Source of the DNA: an uncultured Alphaproteobacteria bacterium
GTDB taxonomy: Bacteria; Pseudomonadota; Alphaproteobacteria; Rhizobiales; Hyphomicrobiaceae
Direction of reading: 5' to 3'
DNA: 64,000 nt
NCBI GenBank assembly: GCA_963814055.1
Contig: CAWFBJ010000031.1
Coordinates: 199,039-263,038 of the forward strand
This document shows positions 58,119 to 64,000 of the stretch, in pieces (position 1 is the stretch's first letter; every line of letters starts with the position of its first letter). Position numbers and translations under genes: made by a program. Under the pieces are notes generated by a model. That model saw only the letters and a list, made by a program, of their open reading frames with translations. It made no database searches and was not told the origin of the DNA.

Positions 58119-61100
58119 TTACGCTGCGACCGTACTCTCCGCGTCCTTGCCGCCCGCTTGCATCTTCGCCAGCATCAAAGCCTTTGCCGCCACATAGTCG
58201 GGCTTGCCGGTGCCCAGCAGCGGCAGCTTGTCCACCACCAGGATCTCGCTCGGCACCATCAGCTCGGGCGCGCCCTTGGCCCGGGCGTAGCGCGAGAACA
58301 TCTCGCGCGTCAGCGACGCGTCGGTCGTCAGCAGCACGATGTGCTCGCCCTTGCGCGCATCGGGCACGGCCACCACGGCGAACTCCTTGCCCGGCACCGC
58401 CTGTGCCGCCAGCGCCTCCACGGCCGCCAGCGAGATCATCTCGCCGGCGATCTTGGCGAAGCGCTTGACGCGGCCCTGGATCGTGATGAAGCCCTGCGCG
58501 TCGATGGTGACGATGTCGCCGGTGTCGTGCCAGCCGTCGGGCAGCGGCTCCAGCACGCCCGGGTTCTCCGCGCGGTAGTAGCCCAGCATGACGTTGGGGC
58601 CCTTGACGATCAGGCGGCCGCCCTCGGGGATGCCGGCCACCGGCTCCAGCCGCGCCTGCATCAGCGGCGACAGGCGGCCCACCGTGCCCGGCTTGTTGGC
58701 GATCGGCGTATTCATGGCCAGCACCGGCGCCGTCTCGGTTACGCCGTAGCCCTCCAGGATGCGCACGCCGAACTTGTTCATGTAGGTCGTGCCGCACGTC
58801 GTCCTTCACGGCCTCCGCGCCGGCCACCACCAGGCGCACGCTGCGCAGATCGTAGGGGTGCGCGGCGCGCGCGTAGCCGCGCGAGGAACGTGTTGGTGCC
58901 GAACATGATGGTGGCGCCGGTGTCGTAGATCAGCTCGGGCACGATGCGGTAGTGCAGCGGCGAGGGATAGAGGAACATCGGCACGCCGCCGACCAGCGGC
59001 ATGATCAGCCCGCCCGTCAGGCCGAACGAGTGGAACACGGGCAGCGCGTTGAACACCAGGTCCTCGCCGTTGGCGTCGATGCGCGCCAGGCACTGCGCGC
59101 AGTTGGCGAGCACGTTGCGATGCGACAGCACCACGGCCTTGGGCGTGCCTTCCGAGCCCGAGGTGAAAAGGATGACGCCGGGATCATTGGCCTGGCGCGC
59201 CACGCGCGCCTTGGTTCCGGCAAGAAGGCCCGCGAGCTTGTCGCGCGAGGCCGATCCCGAGCCGCACGTCTTCCAGATAGACGATGCGCACGGATTGCTC
59301 GAGGTGGCCGACCAGGGACTGGCAGCCGGCCGCGCTCGACGAACGTGCGCGAGGTGAGGATCACCGAAACGCCGGCCGCGCGGCACGACGCCTGGATGTT
59401 GGGCGCACCGGCCGTGAAGTTGATCATCGCCGGCACGCGCCCGATCGCCTGCAGCGCGAAGAACGTGACGGCGACGCCCACCGAGTTCGGCAGCATCACG
59501 CCGACCGCGCCGCCTGGCGGCAGCGAAAGGCGCGAGCTTGGGGCCCAGCACCTGCGCCGCCAGGATCAGCTTGCGGTAGCTGAGCTCGATGCCGAGCGGA
59601 TCGGCGACCGCCGGCCTGCCGGTGTCGCGGGTCTTGTGCGCGTCGGCCAGGGCCTCAAACAGCGTGCGGTCGATGCGGCGCCGTCGCGACGGCCGCCTCG
59701 ACCATGATGTCCTGCAGCGCGAGGCCGGCCGCCTGGCGCCGCAGCTTGCCCTTGAGCGCCGGGTCGAGAACCAGCCGGCGCGGCGGCAGGAACGTCACCG
59801 TGAACTTCGGAAACAGCGCCTTCTTGATCTGCGACGGCTTGAGGTAGCTGAAGGGCGAGCGCTCCGGCCCGTCGATGCGCACCGGCACGATCCACGCGTC
59901 CGCCTTGTCGGCGATCATGGCCGCGCCGTCGTAGACCTTCATGAGGCCGCCGGTGACGGTGATGCGCCCTTCCGGGAAGATCACGATCGTCTCGCCGCCT
60001 TTGACCGCGTTGACCAGCGTGCGCGCGGCCAGCGGCGTGGTCGGCTCCAGCAGATAGCGCGTTGATGACGCTTGAGGAACGGCTTCACCCACCAGGCCGT
60101 GGCGATCTGCGAGTTGACGGCGAACGATGCCTCCTTGGGCAGGACGGTGTGCAGCAGCGGGCCGTCGAGCAGGCTGACATGGTTGGGCGCGATGACGACG
60201 CGCTCGCCGGCGCCCTGGAAGATTCTCCAGGCCCTTCACTTCGAGGTGAAAAAAAAAGCCGAAGATCATGCGGCCCAAGCTCGCGCATGACGTCCGAGCC
60301 CCAGGCGCGCACCACGTACGGCCACCGCGGCGATGCTGAGCACGCCGAGCGCGGCGAAGATCGCGCCCACGCCGACACCGGCCGCCTGCAGGCCGGCAAC
60401 GATGGCGCCGCCCGCCACCATGTAGGCCGCGTTCATGCACGTTGACCGCGGCGATCACGCGCGCGCGCCGCTCCGGCGGCGACCAGGCCTGCACGGCCGC
60501 GAACGAGGGCACGATGTAGAGGCCGCCGGCAATGGCGAGGCCGCACAGGGCAGCGAGCAGCGCCAAGCCGGCGCCCGATGACGAGCACCGCCGCCGGACC
60601 GACCGGCACGGGTGCCTGGCGACATCGTCGCCGGCCAGCACACCGAGGATGAGCGCAAAGACGCCCATCAGGATGGCGCCCAGCGGCACCAGGGCCAGGT
60701 TCGGTTTGCCGTGGCTCGCGCGCGCCGCCAGCCCCGAGCCGATCGCGATGCCGATCACGAAGGTGGTGAGGCCCGAGCGTCACCACGCCTTCGGTGCCGC
60801 CGATATGGTCCTTGACCAGGGCCGGCAGCAGCGACAGCGCCACCGAGCCGACCAGCCAGAACCAGGAGACGATGTGCGCGCCGCCCCACAGCCGCTGGTC
60901 GCCCCTGAGCTCGCGCAGCAGCGCGAACGTCGATGTCCACGGATTGCGCGTGATGGCGAGGTCGGGCGCGGCCGGTCCGGCCGCGGGGATGGTGCGCGCG
61001 AACGTCCACGACACGACCGCCAGCGCCAGAATGACGGCAACGACGATGCTCGGGGCTCTTGGCCTCGGCCACGGCAATGCCGCCGGCGATGGTGCCGATC

Positions 61101-61582
61101 AGGATGGCAAGGAACGTCGCGCCTTCCACCAGCGCGTTGCCGGCGGGCAGCTCGGCGGTCTGGAGCTTCTCCGGCAGGATGCCGTACTTCACCGGGCCGA
61201 ACAGCGCCGCGACCATGCCGAACAGCGCCGAGCGTCACGAACAGGATCGGCACCGAGTGCAGGTAGAAGCCGATGGCTGCGAGCGCCGGCGATGGGGATC
61301 TCGGCAAGCTTGATGCGCGCGGCCACATAGGCCTTGTCGAAGCGGTCGGCGATCTCGCCGCCCAGCGCCGAGAGGATGAAGAACGGCGCGATGAAGACGA
61401 TGCCGGCCAGCGTGACCAGCATCGGGCCGTGTCCGCCGGCGACCGCCGCCCGCACCGCCGAGCCCGAACAGGATCAGCATGACGAGCGCGTTCTTGAGGA
61501 AGTTGTCGTTGAGGGCCGAGCAGAACTGGCACCAGAACAGCGGCGCAAACCGCCGCGACGTCATGAGGTCCTTGAACATCAA
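58119..61582 (-). pseudogene. fused lysophospholipid transporter (MFS, LplT-like) / PlsC acyltransferase / acyl-ACP synthetase (Aas-like), at least 15 frameshifts
   Basis: The conserved segments are MMFKDLMTSRRFAPLFWCQF..., [113 protein letters not shown] and DTGD...[16 protein letters not shown]. They are scattered over all three minus-strand frames (ORFs 61235..61582, 61189..61455, 60780..61622, 60755..61216, 60433..61077, 59655..60758, 60085..60399, 59017..59499, 58778..59551, 57973..58839 and 58119..58781). Confidence 0.85.
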
Positions 61583-61858
61583 CTTCCTCTGGCATTGATC
61601 CGGGCACTGCGCCCCAGCCCAAGGCAGGAACGATTGGTCCAGCGGGCTTCCGTCAATATCGTGGCCTCTTGTAGGCTCCAGCAGAATGATGGCAGATTAA
61701 TGAACGACGTTCACACGAAACTCGGCCATTGATGCAGGCTTCACGGTGCAGGCGCAACGGCAACGTTCGGTATTCGATCGGGCAGGCCGCAGGCACGGAC
61801 ATCGACCTTGCATCGCCGCCGCAACCTGCGCACATAGCCGCTGAGCGCAAGGAAACGT

Positions 61859-62080
61859 ATGCACCTGGATTCCAACACTCGCACCGCCATTACCGTCAAC
61901 GGCGAGCGCACCGAAACGCCGGCGCGCACGCTTGCCGAACTTGTCGCCGCCGGTGGCTTCGCCGAAACCCAGGTCGCGACCGCGTTGAATGGCGATTTCG
62001 TCGCCAGGGGTGCGCGGGCCGCAACTCTGCTCACTGAGGGCGACGCGGTCGAGATCGTGGCGCCGCGGCAGGGCGGCTGA
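61859..62080 (+). CDS. thiS: sulfur carrier protein ThiS
   Basis: The 73-aa product contains ...ITVNGE... and ends ...GDAVEIVAPRQGG with the C-terminal Gly-Gly. It lies immediately upstream of thiG. Confidence 0.85.
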   Translation: MHLDSNTRTAITVNGERTETPARTLAELVAAGGFAETQVATALNGDFVARGARAATLLTEGDAVEIVAPRQGG

Positions 62081-62092
62081 TAAACTTCCGCC

Positions 62093-62917
62093 ATGGATGT
62101 CCATGATCCCCGGCAGGTCGCGTTGAAACCGCTCAGCTTCTATGGCGTGGAGATGCCGTCGCGCCTGCTGATCGGCACCGCGCGTTATCCCTCGCCGCAG
62201 GTCATGAGCCAATCGGTGGCCGCCTCGCGTGCGTCCATCGTGACTGTCTCGTTGCGCCGCGAAATGGCGAGAGCCGGCAACGGCGGCCAGCGCTTTTTCG
62301 ACCTCATCAAGGAGCTTGGCGTGCGCGTGCTGCCCAACACCGCCGGCTGCCGCACGCCGAAGGAGGCGATCGCCACCGCGCAGATGGCCCGCGAGTTGTT
62401 CGCTACCGACTGGGTCAAGCTCGAGGTGATCGGCAACGACGACACGCTGCAGCCGGATCTTTTCGGCCTGGTCGAGGCCGCGGCCATCCTGAGCAAGGAC
62501 GGGTTCAAGGTCTTTCCCTACACCACCGAGGACCTGATCGCAGCCGAGCGCCTGTTGGCTGCGGGCTGCGAGGTCCTGATGCCGTGGGGTGCGCCGATCG
62601 GCACCGGGCGCGGCCTCGCCAACCGCTATGCGCTGAAAACGCTGCGCGAGTACTTCCCTGCAGTGCCGCTCGTCATCGATGCGGGCATCGGCGCACCATC
62701 GCACGCGGCAGAAGCCATGGAGATGGGCTACGACGCCGTGCTGCTGAATACCGCGATTGCGACGGCAGCGGACCCGGTGCGCATGGCGCGCGCCTTTGCC
62801 GACGCCATCGAAGCGGGGCGGGACGCCTTCGAAGCAGGGCTGATGCAGCAGCGCGACATGGCCGTGCCCTCCACGCCGGTCGCCGGCACGCCGTTCTTCG
62901 ATCTGAACAGACAATGA
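62093..62917 (+). CDS. thiG: thiazole synthase
   Basis: ...[12 protein letters not shown]...[36 protein letters not shown]...[14 protein letters not shown]...[30 protein letters not shown]... fits ThiG. Confidence 0.95.
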   Translation: MDVHDPRQVALKPLSFYGVEMPSRLLIGTARYPSPQVMSQSVAASRASIVTVSLRREMARAGNGGQRFFDLIKELGVRVLPNTAGCRTPKEAIATAQMARELFATDWVKLEVIGNDDTLQPDLFGLVEAAAILSKDGFKVFPYTTEDLIAAERLLAAGCEVLMPWGAPIGTGRGLANRYALKTLREYFPAVPLVIDAGIGAPSHAAEAMEMGYDAVLLNTAIATAADPVRMARAFADAIEAGRDAFEAGLMQQRDMAVPSTPVAGTPFFDLNRQ

Positions 62918-63538
62918 CACGCCCGCGCGGCGGCCCCGATCTCTTCTATCCCATCGTGCCGGATCTGGCATGGCTGCAGCGGCTGGTGCCGCTGGGCGTG
63001 AAGACCATCCAGCTGCGCCTCAAGGATGCGCCGGCCGATGTCGTGCGCCGCGAGATCGCGGCCAGCCTGGACATCTGCGCGCACCACGGCTGCCAGCTCA
63101 TCGTCAACGACTACTGGCGCGAAGCCATGAGCCTCGGCGCCGACTACGTGCATCTGGGTCAGGAGGATCTGGCCGAGGCCGACGTGGCCGCGCTCAAGGC
63201 CAAGGGCGTGCGCCTCGGCATCAGCACGCACAGACCCCGAAGAGCTCGCCATCGCGCTCGCGGTGCAGCCGGACTACATTGCGCTGGGTCCGATCTATGA
63301 AACCAGGCTCAAGGCCATGAAATGGGAGCCCCAGGGTCTCGATCGCGTTGCGGATTGGAAGCGCCGCATCGGCGCCCTGCCGCTCATCGCCATCGGCGGC
63401 ATCACGCCGGACCGGGCCGACGGCGTGGTCGCGGCCGGCGCCGACAGCGTTGCCGTCATCACTGATTTCTTCACGCACGCGGATCCGGACGCACGGGTTC
63501 GCCAATGGCTCGCATGGGCGGATCGTTGCAAAGTCTGA
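62914..63538 (+). pseudogene. thiE: thiamine-phosphate synthase, one +1 insertion
   Basis: [17 protein letters not shown]...KTIQLRLKD...LIVNDYW...GADYVHLGQEDL...LGISTH is in one frame. PEELAIALAVQPDYIALGPIYETRLK...LIAIGGIT...ADSVAVITD is in the next. The switch lies at about 63232-63238. The length is 625 nt (3n+1). An ATGA overlap joins it to thiG. Confidence 0.85.
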
Positions 63539-63684
63539 GTTTTCCTTGCCGGCTCAATGGCGTGGAGCGTTAACGAAACATGACAGTATTATGACAACCC
63601 GGCCTGCTAAGGTTTTGCAATTGTGAAGGGAAACGCCAGCGGGAGGCCAAGCCGGTCGGCGTTGTGGTGCGTGTTGTTGGGTGC

Positions 63685-64000
63685 ATGACTTACCGCTTCA
63701 AGCTGAACGAGACCGTGTCCACCGGTGCCAGCCGCATCGGCATGGAACAGATCGACATTGCCGAAGCGCGACTTGCGAGCCGCGACGACATTCCGACCGC
63801 CATTCACGATGCGCGTCGCTGCCTGAAGCGCCTGCGGGCCCTGCTACGCCTCATCCGGCCGGCGCTGGCCGAAAGCACCTATCGGCGCGAGGCCAATCGC
63901 ATTGCGGGCATCGGCAAGCTGCTGGCCGACGCACGCGACCAGCATGTGATGCAACTGACGCTGGCCAAGATCGCGACCCGCTTCGACACTTTTCCCAAAA
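63685..64000 (+). CDS. CHAD domain-containing protein, N-terminal part (3' end outside window)
   Basis: The frame is open from the ATG at 63685 to the window end. The translation MTYRFKLNETVSTGASRIGMEQIDIAEARL...IHDARRCLKRLRALLRLIRPAL... contains the typical CHAD H-x-x-R-x-x-x-K-R-L-R motif. Confidence 0.6.
   Translation, partial: MTYRFKLNETVSTGASRIGMEQIDIAEARLASRDDIPTAIHDARRCLKRLRALLRLIRPALAESTYRREANRIAGIGKLLADARDQHVMQLTLAKIATRFDTFPK

Noticed and set aside
60249-60257. The A9 homopolymer (T9 on the coding strand) as a programmed slippery site or as the cause of a frameshift in the Aas-like gene.
   Set aside because: On the coding strand it reads in frame as Phe-Phe-Phe within the conserved block MIFGFFFHLEVKGLENLP. 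The nearest frame switches map outside the run, near 60270 and 60215.
61623-61858. A TPP riboswitch upstream of thiS.
   Set aside because: I could not find the conserved CUGAGA and ACCUGAUC..GGAUAAUGCC..GCG elements in order on either strand. A covariance-model scan is still needed to be sure.

Overview
This is a 64-kb, roughly 65% G+C chromosomal segment. It resembles a free-living alphaproteobacterium of the Bradyrhizobium/Rhodopseudomonas/Afipia type. That placement is an inference from the intergenic repeat families, the Bug/Liv/TRAP binding proteins and a fused LplT-PlsC-Aas gene.

I support about 60 protein-coding genes. I recognised no rRNA, tRNA, CRISPR array, transposase or integrase.

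Gene content by region:
- 2.6-19.5 kb: a catabolic supercluster. It holds an amidohydrolase and an alpha/beta-hydrolase, an operon of an intradiol dioxygenase plus a three-subunit molybdenum hydroxylase, a 5-gene Liv-type ABC importer, an FAD monooxygenase, a cupin, a cyclase-like protein and a luciferase-like monooxygenase.
- 19.7-25.2 kb: mixed oxidoreductases.
- 26.4-30.6 kb: housekeeping genes tex and prfC.
- 30.6-39.2 kb: small metabolic operons and orphan solute-binding proteins.
- 39.3-43.7 kb: an L,D-transpeptidase, ggt, thiO and a metallophosphoesterase.
- 43.7-51.2 kb: a homogentisate node with marR, hmgA, a remnant of an FAH-family gene, and an MhaAB-like FAD hydroxylase with a DUF2783 partner.
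- 51.5-53.5 kb: a LysR regulator and a nitronate monooxygenase.
- 53.5-57.9 kb: an RND pump and its adaptor.
- 58.1-61.6 kb: an MFS-PlsC-acyl-ACP synthetase fusion.
- 61.9-64.0 kb: thiS, thiG, thiE and the start of a CHAD-domain gene.

Most notable observations:
1. The Mo-hydroxylase large subunit and the dioxygenase of the same operon both carry MinD-like amphipathic C-terminal tails (...GFLGGLFRG / ...GSLLGRLFGG).
2. An orphan TIR-like (DUF1863-type) gene sits in a low-GC islet.
3. Reading-frame disruptions are numerous and biased toward single-base insertions. Their distribution is very uneven: about two dozen fall in 56.0-61.5 kb and none in 42.2-53.4 kb.
4. A 1.09-kb segment carrying an aminotransferase gene is flanked by 26-nt direct repeats, which are a duplication of the upstream gene's 3' end.
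5. A roughly 90-codon remnant of a fumarylacetoacetate-hydrolase-family gene lies next to hmgA.
6. Several point lesions occur: an in-frame TAG in the livM-like gene, TAAGG where a TAATG stop-start overlap is expected, and Ser->Leu at an alpha/beta-hydrolase nucleophile.

I cannot tell from the sequence alone whether the lesions are biological or assembly errors.
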